Notes: generated by a model not told the origin, from the letters alone. A stretch of DNA of 64,000 bases from an uncultured Acidobacteriota bacterium (GCA_963719055.1 CAVRAU010000023.1:136699-200698); one strand, 5' to 3'. Shown: positions 8,652 to 18,635, counted from the stretch's first letter. Program-made: numbers and translations.

Positions 8652-10251
8652 GAAACGCCCGCTCCAGCGCGGACTCCCGCAGAAAGACCATGCCCTCTTC
8701 CTTGGCCGCCCTCTTGATCTCCGATGCCGGGCGGCGATCCAGAATCAGCTCGCGGATCCGATCGGAAAGATCGAGCAGCTCGGAGATGGCCGATCGGCCG
8801 AGGAACCCGCTGCCGCTGCATTCGAGGCATCCCCGGCCTTCGTAGAACGGATGGTTGGCATAGACATCCGGGTCGAGCCCGCTCTCGACCAGCAACTCCC
8901 GGGAGACCTCGGCCGGTCGCCGGCAGTTGGTGCAGATCTTGCGCACCAACCGCTGCGCCAGGACACAGTTGAGCGCCGAAACGAAGTTGTATAGATCCAC
9001 ATTCATGTTCAGAAAACGTCCCAACACATCGACGACGTTGTTGGCATGCACGGTGGTAAAGACCAGGTGACCGGTCAGGGCTGACTGCACCGCGATCTGC
9101 GCGGTCTCGACGTCTCGGATCTCACCGACCATGATCTTGTCGGGATCGTGTCGCAGAATCGAACGCAGACCGCGAGCAAAGGTCAGACCTTTCTTCTCGT
9201 TGACCGGTATCTGCGTGATGCCGCGAAGCTGATACTCGACAGGATCCTCGATGGTTACGATCTTGTCCTCCGAGGACTGGATCTCCGACAAGCACGCGTA
9301 GAGGGTGGTCGTCTTACCGGAACCGGTGGGACCCGTCACCAGAACCATGCCGTAGGGCTCGCGGATGAACTTGCGAATCTTGTCGATGGTGCCGCCGTCG
9401 AGACCGAGAACATCGAGCCGCAGGTTCTTGAACTCCTTGCTCATCGACTCCTTGTCGAGGATTCGGATCACCGCGTCCTCGCCGTGCACCGATGGCATGA
9501 TGGAGACTCGGAAGTCGATGTTTCGCCCTTCGAACCGGAGCTTGAACCGACCGTCCTGCGGCACCCGTTTCTCGGCAATGTCCAATTCGGACATCACCTT
9601 GATGCGGCTGATGATCGTCTGGTGATGCCGCTTGTCGATGGGCTCCATCGCTTGGTAGAGAACGCCATCGATGCGGTACTTCATGATGACTTCCGACTCG
9701 CGGGTCTCGATATGGATATCGCTGGCCCGCCGCTGAATGGCGTTGAAGATGGCGGAGTCCACCAACTTGATGATGGGACTACTGTCGGTCGTAATCCGAT
9801 CGAGGGAGAGGATCTCTTCTCCATCCGAATCCTCCTGAACCAATTGCAGGCGGAAATCCTCCGTTGCCTCGTCCAGCACCCGCTGGGCGCTCTCCGACTT
9901 CTGCAGGATTTCCTCGATCGCCGAGCGCGCGCCGACCCGCACCTCCAGGGGTTGGTTCAGCAGCAGCTCCAGCTCGTCCTGCTTGGTGACATCGCTGGGA
10001 TCCGACATGACCACCGCCAGCCGGCCAGCCAATTGGCGATCCGGAATGAACGAATAGCGCAGCATGAGATCGAAGGGAATCGAGCGCAGCAGGTCGTTGT
10101 CGATCCTGAACCGGCTCATATCCACCAACTCCAGACCGAGACGCTCGGCCAGCACCGCCGCCTCCCGTTCCTCTCGCTGCTGCTTCGCTGCGAGCTCTCC
10201 TGCTGCGTCAACCAAGGCGATGGGGCTGTTCGGGGAATCCAGATTCATCAC
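8602..10251 (-). CDS. gspE: type II secretion / type IV pilus assembly ATPase (GspE/PilB family)
   Basis: N-terminal T2SSE_N-like domain. Walker A 'GPTGSGKTT', Asp box, His box 'HLVFTTVHAN' and tetracysteine 'CTNCRR...CLECSGSGF'. ATGA overlap with gspF. Confidence 0.9.
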   Translation of the reverse strand: MMNLDSPNSPIALVDAAGELAAKQQREEREAAVLAERLGLELVDMSRFRIDNDLLRSIPFDLMLRYSFIPDRQLAGRLAVVMSDPSDVTKQDELELLLNQPLEVRVGARSAIEEILQKSESAQRVLDEATEDFRLQLVQEDSDGEEILSLDRITTDSSPIIKLVDSAIFNAIQRRASDIHIETRESEVIMKYRIDGVLYQAMEPIDKRHHQTIISRIKVMSELDIAEKRVPQDGRFKLRFEGRNIDFRVSIMPSVHGEDAVIRILDKESMSKEFKNLRLDVLGLDGGTIDKIRKFIREPYGMVLVTGPTGSGKTTTLYACLSEIQSSEDKIVTIEDPVEYQLRGITQIPVNEKKGLTFARGLRSILRHDPDKIMVGEIRDVETAQIAVQSALTGHLVFTTVHANNVVDVLGRFLNMNVDLYNFVSALNCVLAQRLVRKICTNCRRPAEVSRELLVESGLDPDVYANHPFYEGRGCLECSGSGFLGRSAISELLDLSDRIRELILDRRPASEIKRAAKEEGMVFLRESALERAFHGVTTLREINKVTFVD

Positions 10252-11464
10252 TCAACCGATCCAAGAAGACTGAAAAGAGGTAGATACACCGAAATCAAGA
10301 GTGTGGCGATGATGATGCCCATGAGGACCAACATGACCGGCTCCAGCAGGCTCAGAACCCGCTGCAGACGCGTCTCCACTTCCTCATCGAGAAAATCCGA
10401 GACATCGGACAGCATGACATCGAGCGATCCCGTCGCTTCGCCCACCTCCACCATGTCGACCAGAATCTCCGGCACCGCTCCCGTGGACTCCAGGGTCTCG
10501 GCCAGGGCTTTGCCCTCACGCACCGAATCGGTGGTTGGAGCCAGCTGCCCCCTGAGATGGAGATTGCTCACCGCTTTGACCGACACCTCCATCGAGCTGA
10601 CCAGAGGAATCCCTCCGGCCAACAGGGTGGACAGGGAACGGCAGAACTCCGACAGCGCCAGACGGTGGAAGAGCGTCACCCAGGAAAGGGATCTGTGAGC
10701 AGCAGTCGAGAGAGCGTCAGACGGCCAGTCTCCGAGCGCGCGTACTGCAGAAAGGCGACCGTGCCGACGACCAGGACGATCAGGATCACCACGATATGTT
10801 CCTTGACAAACAGCGAGAAGCCCATGGTGATCTTGGTCACCAGCGGCAGATCCACGTTCAGCGTCGAGAAGAAATCGGTGAAGTTGGGCAACACAAAGAC
10901 GGTCATCACGGCGATCAGACCCAGGGAGAGTCCCACCAACGCCGCCGGATAGACCATCGCCGATGTCACTCGTTTGCGGGTCTCCAGCTCCAGCTTGAGA
11001 TGGCGCACGAATCGGCGGATCACCTGTTCCATCTCACCGCTGCGTTCGCCGGCCTTCAGGGTCGCCGGATAGAGACCGGGAAATCGATCACCGTAGGCCG
11101 CAATGGCGGTCGACAGATCCTCTCCGCTTCTCACCTGATCGCGAACCTGGGTCAGGATCTGTTTGAAGACCGGGTTGCGCTGGCGGGAAAGCACCAGCTC
11201 GAGGGCCTGCAGCATCGGTAGACCCGACCGCAGCAAGGCAGCCAGCTCCTGATTGAAGATCATCAGATCCCGCGGACTGATCTTCTGGTTCCGTGCCCCG
11301 AGGGTCGGGAGCCGCAATCGCCCCATCAATCCCCGACGACGAATCTCGAACAGATGATAGCCCTGGTTGGTGAGATCCTTCTTCAGCGTCGTCTCGTCAT
11401 GGGCTTCCATCACCTCTTCGATGACCTGTCCCGTCGGAGTTCCCAATTTGCAGATGAATTGCAT
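10248..11464 (-). CDS. gspF: inner-membrane platform protein GspF/PilC family (apparent frameshift ~10680)
   Basis: N-terminal piece 'QFICKLGTPTGQVIEEVMEAHDE...LPMLQALELV...' and C-terminal piece '...SLSTLLAGGIPLVSSMEV...LLEPVMLVLMGIIIATLLISVYLPLFSL' are both T2SSF repeats. Combined ~405 aa. Confidence 0.85.
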
Positions 11465-11471
11465 TCGACTC

Positions 11472-12290
11472 TCAGTTCTCCGACAACCGAGCGACAGATT
11501 CATCCGCGGCGTAGGTCAGGAGCAACCACAGCTGCTCCTCGTCCTCGTCGGCCGGCGTCACGCCAACAATCAGGGGGGAATTGGGCAATGGCTGCAAGTG
11601 GGCGCTGAACAGAGCGACCTCGCCTTGTTGGTCAGAGTGCAATAACTGGAAACTCCTCAATACCGGGCCACCCATCGATATCTCTCCGGGCCAGCTGAAC
11701 CGAATTCGGTACCCGTGTCCCAGATCGCGGTCCACCCTTTCGCCCGCGTGGGTAGCGATCTCCAGGTGAGAAACCGTGTGCAGGGTCGGAGATCTCGACA
11801 GATCGGACACCCGCGTGGATCGCGCCAACTCCACCTGCAGCTTCACCACCGCACCGTCGATGGCGGCTCGCGGAACGTTCACCAGCCCGGAACCGACTCC
11901 GACGGCTCCCGCGAACGGGACCTCTTCAGGAGTCTGTCGCTCCGAGCGCATGGGTATCAGGACAATGGCCATCAGCACCATGGCGGCGAGGGCACCCACC
12001 GCCAGACCTCGGCGAGACCAGGAGGCCTCCATGGCTCGCACCCGCCGCATGGCCTGCACCGTGCGCCGAATCTCCTCGATTTCCCCTTCCTCGATCTTTT
12101 CCTCCGGTAGCAAGGAAAAGACCACTGTGGGATCCGCCTCGGCAGCAGCCCGGCGACAAGAGGGACAGCCCTGGAGATGGATCAAATACTCCTCGCGTCG
12201 AGACCCGGCCAGCTCATCGACGCTCTCGGCCCGAAGCAGATCCCGCCAGCGGGCACAGCTCACTGGATCGGCCCGCCCTGATCTGTGCAA
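11472..12290 (-). CDS. zinc-binding anti-sigma factor (HxxxCxxC), single TM
   Basis: 'IHLQGCPSCRRAA' ZAS-type motif. TM 'LAVGALAAMVLMAIVLIP'. Lies immediately downstream of the ECF sigma and overlaps it. Confidence 0.65.
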   Translation of the reverse strand: MHRSGRADPVSCARWRDLLRAESVDELAGSRREEYLIHLQGCPSCRRAAAEADPTVVFSLLPEEKIEEGEIEEIRRTVQAMRRVRAMEASWSRRGLAVGALAAMVLMAIVLIPMRSERQTPEEVPFAGAVGVGSGLVNVPRAAIDGAVVKLQVELARSTRVSDLSRSPTLHTVSHLEIATHAGERVDRDLGHGYRIRFSWPGEISMGGPVLRSFQLLHSDQQGEVALFSAHLQPLPNSPLIVGVTPADEDEEQLWLLLTYAADESVARLSEN

Positions 12291-12841
12291 TCCCAGCCTG
12301 TGGGGGCGTACTCTGGATAGCGTCGCACCAACTCTTGGCGCAGATGCTTGCGCGCGGCAAACAGGTGGTTGCGGACCGTCGAGGCCTTGCAGCCCAGAAT
12401 CTGGCCCACCTCGTCCGATCCCAGTCGCTCGACGCCTGCCAGCAGAAACACCAATCGTTGCCTCTCGGTCAAGCCCTCTGACAGACGTTCCAGAATCTCA
12501 GTGACTTCCCGGTCCCCGAGATCGGCCAGCGTCCGAGCTCCCGGATTCTTGAGACTCCTCAGGTGGGTCCCCAGGGGTCGCAAGGCCTGCTCCCGGGTCC
12601 GGCGCCAGCGCACCTGGTCGATGGCGAGGTTGACGGCGATACGGAAGATCCAGGTATTCGGACTCCACCGGGTATCGAAACTCTGTCGTTTCTCCCACAC
12701 CCGCAGAAAGACCACCTGAACGATATCTCGCGCCTCCTCCCGATCCCGCGTTATGCGTGTGACCACTTGCAGGAGGGGCGGTGTTTTGCGACGGATCAGC
12801 TCGTCGAAAGCCCTCTCATCACCGTCCTGCACCGCAGTCAT
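12260..12841 (-). CDS. RNA polymerase ECF (sigma-70 family group IV) sigma factor
   Basis: 'ERAFDELIRRKTPPLLQVVTRITRDREEARDIVQVVFLRVWEKRQSFD' is region 2. The region 4 HTH is 'LTERQRLVFLLAGVERLGSDEVGQILGCKASTVRNHLFAARKHLRQ'. Confidence 0.85.
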   Translation of the reverse strand: MTAVQDGDERAFDELIRRKTPPLLQVVTRITRDREEARDIVQVVFLRVWEKRQSFDTRWSPNTWIFRIAVNLAIDQVRWRRTREQALRPLGTHLRSLKNPGARTLADLGDREVTEILERLSEGLTERQRLVFLLAGVERLGSDEVGQILGCKASTVRNHLFAARKHLRQELVRRYPEYAPTGWDCTDQGGPIQ

Positions 12842-13173
12842 GACCTCGGTGTCCGCGGCTGCGGTCCAGGATTGCTGCGGACGTGAAGTGTAGAGGTGAA
12901 AAGGCACGTGTATCCCTATCTCGATCGACAGTCGATCAACGGTTCATACGGCCGTCGATCCGGCATCGTCTATGCATCTCGCGAATCGCCGAAGCTCTGC
13001 CATCGGTGATCCCACCCGGCGGCTTCCCGAAACACCCGTACGATGACGATTCTGTGAAGATAGAATGCACGTGCGCCGGGAAGAAACACCCGACCGCGGG
13101 CTCGCAACGGGCAACCGCCTGTGGCCGATTCGATTATACGGGACAGGTGCCCTGTTGCCTTGTTGCAAATTCC

Positions 13174-14457
13174 ATGTGGTTCCTCTACCAGATTGCCACG
13201 ACATGTGTCTTGTTGGTTGTCGGGCCCTTCCTGCTGCTCCGTCGCGGCCGGCACTATCTGGGCAGCCTGCCGGGGCGTCTGGGCCGCTACACCGGCGAGG
13301 CTCCCGACGCTCCCTTGTGGGTTCACGCCGTGTCCGTGGGTGAGGTAGGAGTCGCTCACACTCTGATTCGGGGTCTGCCCGCGCATCTGCCTCTGCTGAT
13401 CACCACCGTGACGCCCACGGGTCAGGCACTGGCCAAGCGCTTGTTCAAAGATCGCGCAGCCGTCGCCTATCTGCCTTTCGATCTGGGACCCATCGTCGAG
13501 AGATTCCTCGACCACTACTCCCCCAGAGCGCTGGTCCTCGTCGAGGGCGACCTGTGGCCGCTGTTGCTCTCGCGGGTCCAAGCGCGCGGGCTTCCCATCG
13601 CCGTTGTCAATGGTCGGGTCAGTGATCGTAGCTTTCGGCGCATGACCCGGCTCGAGCCCCTTCTCGGACCGATCTTCGGACCTGTGGACCGGTTCGGCAT
13701 GCAATCAGAAGCGGACCGTAAGCGGCTCCTAGATCTCGGCGTGCCCGCTGAACGAGTTGTGGTTTCCGGCAATCTGAAGTTCGAGACACCGACTCAAAAG
13801 GCCAAGCCGGAACTGGCTGAAGCCATTCGGAACCTGGCTGCGGGTAGGCCCATCTTGGTCGTGGGTTCTACCATGTCGGGGGAGGAAGAGGAGATTTTGG
13901 CGGCTTTTCGACAGATCGGAGGTGGGAAAAGAGCCCTACTCGTGCTGGCTCCCCGTCACCCTGAGCGCTGGAACGAGGTTGCGGCGTTGGTGCAGGCAAG
14001 GGGGCAGTCTCTGACCCGACGCACGGATCTGACCGCCGCCTCCGCGGCCACAGACATCTTGCTCCTGGATAGCCTCGGTGAGTTGGCGGCGATCTATGAA
14101 GTGGGCCTCGGCTGCTTTATCGGTGGCACGCTGGTGCCCACAGGGGGGCACAACCCGCTGGAAGCGGCGCTGCACGGTGTGGCCATCAGCGTCGGTCCGT
14201 CGATGGAGAACTTTCGCGAGATCGCCGCCGCTTTCGAGAGCGGCACCGCCTGGCAACAAGTTGTCAGTACCGATGAATTGGCCCAGGTCTGGAATACGTG
14301 GATCTCTGAACCGGAAGAAGCCGCCGCGCTCGGTAGAAGAGGATTGAGCGTCGTCGCGGCAAACCGGGGTAGCCTGCGGACCACGACAGCCCTGCTGGAG
14401 TCACTCGTAGATCTGGGAGCTTCGAACGACCCCATCCCATCGGATACATCATCGTGA
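13174..14457 (+). CDS. waaA: 3-deoxy-D-manno-octulosonic acid (Kdo) transferase
   Basis: 428 aa. 'LWVHAVSVGEVGVAHTLIRGL' and 'GGHNPLEAALHGVAISVGPSMENFREI' are KdtA family signatures. Confidence 0.85.
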   Translation: MWFLYQIATTCVLLVVGPFLLLRRGRHYLGSLPGRLGRYTGEAPDAPLWVHAVSVGEVGVAHTLIRGLPAHLPLLITTVTPTGQALAKRLFKDRAAVAYLPFDLGPIVERFLDHYSPRALVLVEGDLWPLLLSRVQARGLPIAVVNGRVSDRSFRRMTRLEPLLGPIFGPVDRFGMQSEADRKRLLDLGVPAERVVVSGNLKFETPTQKAKPELAEAIRNLAAGRPILVVGSTMSGEEEEILAAFRQIGGGKRALLVLAPRHPERWNEVAALVQARGQSLTRRTDLTAASAATDILLLDSLGELAAIYEVGLGCFIGGTLVPTGGHNPLEAALHGVAISVGPSMENFREIAAAFESGTAWQQVVSTDELAQVWNTWISEPEEAAALGRRGLSVVAANRGSLRTTTALLESLVDLGASNDPIPSDTSS

Positions 14458-15491
14458 AAGCCGTCGCCTCCACGACCCTCCCGCCACGATCGCCTTGGCA
14501 ACTCCTGTATGGGGCAGCCCACAAATTGCGGTGGCACTGGTACGTCCGACGAGCGCGGCGACTGTCCCGACCGGTGATCAGCGTCGGCAATCTGCATTGG
14601 GGCGGCGCCGGCAAGACACCGGTGGTGGCGGCCATCGCTCGACACCTGACCCAGCGTGGACTGCGTACCGCGATCCTCTCCCGGGGTTATGGCAGGCAAG
14701 ACAAGAGGGTCCGCGTAGTGAGTACCGGCGAAGGTCCTCTGCTCGGACCCCTGGTGGCCGGCGACGAGCCGGTCTTGCTGGCCGGTGAGTTGCCAGGCGT
14801 GGCTGTTGTGGTCGGCCGAGACCGATACGAGGCTGGCCGCCACGCCCTGGAACGCCTCGACCCCGCCCCGCAGGTCTTTTTGCTCGATGACGGCTTTTCC
14901 CATCTCGGTCTCTTCCGAGATATCGATCTGGTTGTCTTCCCTTCGGATGATCCTCTGGCAGGGGGCAGGCTGCTGCCGGGGGGCAGGCTCCGCGAGCCTC
15001 TCGCCGCCATGGAACGAGCCGACGCGGCCCTGATGGTAGGCATGCAGGATGCCGCAGCTCAGCAGTTGGCCAACGGGCTGCGCCCCTTCGGATTCACTGG
15101 GCCAGCGTTCGCGTGCGAGCTCCAGACCCTAGCCGCGCAGATGGCCGAAGGCGGAGACTTGTCGCCGGGAAGTCGGGTACTGGTGGTCGCTGCGATCGCC
15201 CGGCCCGAGCGTTTCATCGCGGCGGTGCGGCAAACAGACTTCCCCATCTCCGAGGTGCTCACATTTCCGGATCACCACAAGTATCCGGATCGCAGCCTGC
15301 AGCAGATACGGACAGCCTGGGAGGAGTCCGGGGCCGACGCCGTCCTCACCACTTCCAAGGACCGGGTCAAGCTCTTGCGGCGACTCGATCTTCCCTTGGC
15401 AGAGCTGCCCTTGCGGGCCCGGCCTATCGACTCGTTCTGGACCTGGCTGTCACGGCAACTCGATCAGCAGATGGCGGAGACTCGAGCGTGA
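14454..15491 (+). CDS. lpxK: tetraacyldisaccharide 4'-kinase
   Basis: 'ISVGNLHWGGAGKTPVVAAIARHL' P-loop and 'ILSRGYGR'. ATGA overlap with waaA. Confidence 0.85.
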   Translation: MKAVASTTLPPRSPWQLLYGAAHKLRWHWYVRRARRLSRPVISVGNLHWGGAGKTPVVAAIARHLTQRGLRTAILSRGYGRQDKRVRVVSTGEGPLLGPLVAGDEPVLLAGELPGVAVVVGRDRYEAGRHALERLDPAPQVFLLDDGFSHLGLFRDIDLVVFPSDDPLAGGRLLPGGRLREPLAAMERADAALMVGMQDAAAQQLANGLRPFGFTGPAFACELQTLAAQMAEGGDLSPGSRVLVVAAIARPERFIAAVRQTDFPISEVLTFPDHHKYPDRSLQQIRTAWEESGADAVLTTSKDRVKLLRRLDLPLAELPLRARPIDSFWTWLSRQLDQQMAETRA

Positions 15492-16501
15492 AATCGCTCG
15501 CGATCCTGCCGAATTGGGTCGGCGACACCGTCATGGCCTTGCCGGTTCTGGATGCCCTGGCGTCGACCGGCCGTCGTCTCTCGGTCCTCGGTAGACCCCA
15601 CCTACGCCCTCTTCTCGAAGGTCGATCAGGAATCGCCGAGTACGTCGTCCGAGCCGCGTCCAACGCCGGCACCCTTGACGCCTTGAGCGACTCCGGCTTC
15701 GACGAGGCAGTGATCCTTCCCAACTCGTACCGTGCGGCCTGGTTGGCCCACCGAGCCGGTATCTCGAAACGCTGGGGCTATGGTGGCTGGTCTCCGGAGG
15801 GACTCCTGCGAGGTGCCCTTCTCGCTCCGCGGGTCCCCGACCATCGAGAGCGAGGGCGACACCAGGTCGCGGACTATACCGAGCTGCTCTCGGCGATGGA
15901 AATCAAAGTACCAACGGAGTGGATCCCACGACTCGAGCTCACTCCCCAACAAGTAAGGGAAGGGCGAGATCTGCTGGCCAGATCCCACCTCGATCCGAGC
16001 CGCTCGCCGCTGATCGGTCTCTTCGCCGGCGCCGAGTTCGGCCCCAGCAAACGTTGGCCGTGGAAGCGATTCGCGGAGCTGGCTCAACAGCTCAGACGCA
16101 ATCTTCCTGGCAGCCAGCAGCTGGTCCTGGCCGGTCCAAAAGAGACCTGGCTGGCGGTGAGGATCCACGAGGAATCGGGCAAGATCCATCCCGTGGTTGG
16201 ACCCGATCTGGACCTCGGCCAGCTGGCGAGCGTCATGTCGGAGATGGACCTCCTGGTGACCAATGACTCCGGCCCCATGCATCTGGCCGCAGCGCTAGGA
16301 GTCCCCTGTCTGTCCATCTTCGGTCCGACCGATCCGCGCCGCACGAGCCCGGTCGGCGATGCCCACCGAGTCCTCTACACCGACCGCTGGTGCTCCCCTT
16401 GCTTTCGCCGTCGCTGCCCCCTCCTGCGCCACCGATGCATGCGCGACATCACCGTCGAAGAGGTCACCCAACAGGCCATCCAGATGCTCGCTCCAGAGTG
16501 A
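15488..16501 (+). CDS. GT9-family LPS heptosyltransferase (WaaF/WaaC-like); GTG start overlapping lpxK stop
   Basis: 'KSLAILPNWVGDTVMALPVL', 'LIGLFAGAEFGPSKRWPWKRFAEL' and 'LLVTNDSGPMHLAAALGVPCLSIFGPT' are GT9 hallmarks. Confidence 0.8.
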   Translation: MKSLAILPNWVGDTVMALPVLDALASTGRRLSVLGRPHLRPLLEGRSGIAEYVVRAASNAGTLDALSDSGFDEAVILPNSYRAAWLAHRAGISKRWGYGGWSPEGLLRGALLAPRVPDHRERGRHQVADYTELLSAMEIKVPTEWIPRLELTPQQVREGRDLLARSHLDPSRSPLIGLFAGAEFGPSKRWPWKRFAELAQQLRRNLPGSQQLVLAGPKETWLAVRIHEESGKIHPVVGPDLDLGQLASVMSEMDLLVTNDSGPMHLAAALGVPCLSIFGPTDPRRTSPVGDAHRVLYTDRWCSPCFRRRCPLLRHRCMRDITVEEVTQQAIQMLAPE

Positions 16502-16534
16502 TACAAAAGGCCGGCACGGAGACCCTCCAACCGA

Positions 16535-16554
16535 GGCCGGCGCGGAGGCCGGCC
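16535..16554. terminator. possible bidirectional hairpin between convergent genes
   Basis: Stem ggccgg / ccggcc around an 8-nt loop cgcggagg. Lies between the heptosyltransferase (+) and the biotinyl protein (-). A weak T tract follows. Confidence 0.3.
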
Positions 16555-16596
16555 ACTACCGTTCTTGTCTCTGCAGAAGCCTACCGGTCTGAAGAT

Positions 16597-17100
16597 CTAT
16601 TCGAGCTCGAAGAGAGGGTCGCCGCCTTCGACGGGCTGGCCGGCGGTGACGAAGATCCGGGTGACGACGCCTTCGTGCTCGGCCTGGATCTCGTTCTCCA
16701 TCTTCATGGCTTCCAGCACGATGAGACCCTGGCCTGGCTGCACCGACTCTCCTTCTTCCACCAGGATCTCGACAACCCGACCGGGCATGTAGGCCAGAAT
16801 CTGTTGGGGACCTTCACGCTTCTGTCTGCCCGAACCCTGTTCGGCAAGATAGGTCAGGGGATCGAGTACCTGTACCTCGTCGATGGCTCCTTGATGACTG
16901 ACGGTGTACTTGCTGGAGTTCTCGCGTCGTACCGAGACTTCGAATTGGCGACCTTCGATCACCAGGCTCCGTACGGAACCGTTGGTGGCCGCGGAGTCGA
17001 CGACATAGGATCGCTCCCCGATCCGCAGACGAAAGACCTGCCCCTGCTCCTCTACCTCGACGCGGCTCTCTTCGCCACCCCGCAGAACAATCAGCTCCAT
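16597..17100 (-). CDS. biotin/lipoyl-attachment domain protein (BCCP-like)
   Basis: C-terminal 'GLIVLEAMKMENEIQAEHEGVVTRIFVTAGQPVEGGDPLFELE' carries the AMKM biotinylation motif. Immediately downstream of accC. Confidence 0.75.
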   Translation of the reverse strand: MELIVLRGGEESRVEVEEQGQVFRLRIGERSYVVDSAATNGSVRSLVIEGRQFEVSVRRENSSKYTVSHQGAIDEVQVLDPLTYLAEQGSGRQKREGPQQILAYMPGRVVEILVEEGESVQPGQGLIVLEAMKMENEIQAEHEGVVTRIFVTAGQPVEGGDPLFELE

Positions 17101-18635
17101 CGGTTCCCCCGCAACATCTCCTGTCGAGCCGCGTGGCGCCAGCGCTCTCGCTTGCCTCCTTCTCTGACCGGCGCCGCAGAGGTGCGGACCTGTCCCTTCA
17201 GGTGCTCCAACGCCGCCGCGATGATCGCCAGCTCAGGGAATTCGATTTTCTGGTCCGCCGCCAATTCTCCATCAGCCATCTTGCGGTCCAACATGCCGAT
17301 ATCCAGCCGGCCCTGTCGGAAATCCTCATCCTCCAGCAAAGCCTTGAAGAGCGGCACGGTGGTGCGGATCCCTTCGATTCGCAGCTCACTGAGAGCCCTG
17401 GCCAGTCGCTCCATGGCCTGTTCCCGGTCACGGCCCCAGACAATCAGCTTGGCCAGCAGCGGGTCGTAGTGGATCGGCACCTCGGCGCCTTCGTAGACGC
17501 CGGCATCGTTTCTGATCCCGGGTCCCTCGGGCCAGCGCAGTCTCCGAATCGTCCCTGGAGAGGGCACAAAGCCATGATAGGGATCCTCGGCATAGAGCCT
17601 CACTTCAATGGCGTGCCCCTCGGGTTGTACGTCATCGAACTCGCTTCCCAGCCGCCCACCCTGGGCAATCTCGAGTTGCGCCCGGACCAGGTCGAGGCCC
17701 GTCACCATCTCGGTCACCGGATGTTCCACCTGCAAGCGGGTATTCATTTCAAGAAAGAAGAACTCGCCATCTCTGGCGAGTAAGAACTCCACCGTACCCG
17801 CGTTGGTATATCCCGCCGCCTGCGCCGCACGGACCGCTGCTTCACACATTCGTTGGCGCAACCCGGGAGTCACCACCGGCGACGGCGCCTCCTCGACGAC
17901 CTTTTGATGGCGCCGCTGCAGCGAGCATTCTCTCTCTCCCAACGCCACCACCTTGCCGTGCTCGTCCCCGAGAATCTGAATCTCCACGTGACGTGGCTCG
18001 ACGATGTATTTCTCCAGGTACACGGAATCGTTACCGAAGCTGGCACCGGCCTCGGATCGAGCTGCACGGTAGGCGCTGGCCAGCTCATCCGGTCCCTGGA
18101 CGAGTCGCATGCCCTTGCCCCCTCCACCCGCCGTGGCTTTGAGCATGACCGGATAGCCGATCTCCTCCGCAAAGGCGGCGGCCTCCTCGACAGTCTCCAG
18201 GGCCTCGGTACCGCCCGGCACGATCGGCACCTCGGCCTGACTGATCAAGCGGCGACTCTCTATCTTCGATCCCATGAGGGCGATGGCCGCTGCCGAGGGT
18301 CCGATGAACTTGATTCCTGCCTGGGCGCAAAGCTCGGCAAAATCGGCGTTTTCGGCGAGGAATCCATAGCCGGGGTGGATCGCATCCGCGCCGATCTCCT
18401 GCGCCAGCTCGACGATGGCCTCGGCTCTCAGATAGCTCTCGCGGGAAGGCGCCGCGCCGATGCAATAGGCCTCATCGGCCAGCAGGACCGGCAGGCCCCG
18501 CCGATCCGCCTCCGAGTAGACGACCGCACTGCGAATCCCCGCGTCGCGTAGGCCACGAATGACACGTGCCGCGATCTCGCCACGGTTTGCGACCAGGACT
18601 TTCTGAAACGGTGTCTTCACCACAGGTTGGGTCAC
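17091..18635 (-). CDS. accC: biotin carboxylase subunit of acyl-CoA carboxylase
   Basis: 'KVLVANRGEIAARVIR', ATP-grasp 'GYPVMLKATAGGGGKGMRLV' and 'EFLLARDGEFFFLEMNTRLQVEHPVTE'. 514 aa, long C-terminal extension. Confidence 0.9.
   Translation of the reverse strand: MTQPVVKTPFQKVLVANRGEIAARVIRGLRDAGIRSAVVYSEADRRGLPVLLADEAYCIGAAPSRESYLRAEAIVELAQEIGADAIHPGYGFLAENADFAELCAQAGIKFIGPSAAAIALMGSKIESRRLISQAEVPIVPGGTEALETVEEAAAFAEEIGYPVMLKATAGGGGKGMRLVQGPDELASAYRAARSEAGASFGNDSVYLEKYIVEPRHVEIQILGDEHGKVVALGERECSLQRRHQKVVEEAPSPVVTPGLRQRMCEAAVRAAQAAGYTNAGTVEFLLARDGEFFFLEMNTRLQVEHPVTEMVTGLDLVRAQLEIAQGGRLGSEFDDVQPEGHAIEVRLYAEDPYHGFVPSPGTIRRLRWPEGPGIRNDAGVYEGAEVPIHYDPLLAKLIVWGRDREQAMERLARALSELRIEGIRTTVPLFKALLEDEDFRQGRLDIGMLDRKMADGELAADQKIEFPELAIIAAALEHLKGQVRTSAAPVREGGKRERWRHAARQEMLRGNRWS

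Noticed and set aside
9148-10698. 516-aa plus-strand ORF opposite gspE/gspF
   Set aside because: Antisense to the well-conserved GspE ATPase. Arg/Leu/Asp-rich low-information sequence. Artefact of high GC.
12842-13173. Search for an ECF-type autoregulated promoter (GGAAC-N16-CGTC-like) upstream of the sigma factor gene
   Set aside because: TGAACC is present in the reverse complement near 12940. No convincing -10 CGTC/CGTA element at the proper spacing was found. Not reported as a feature.
15113-15487. N-terminal 125-aa extension of the heptosyltransferase ORF overlapping lpxK
   Set aside because: The extension is in a different frame within lpxK coding sequence. It is Arg/Gly-rich and lacks GT9 homology. 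Start set at the GTG overlapping the lpxK stop (15488).
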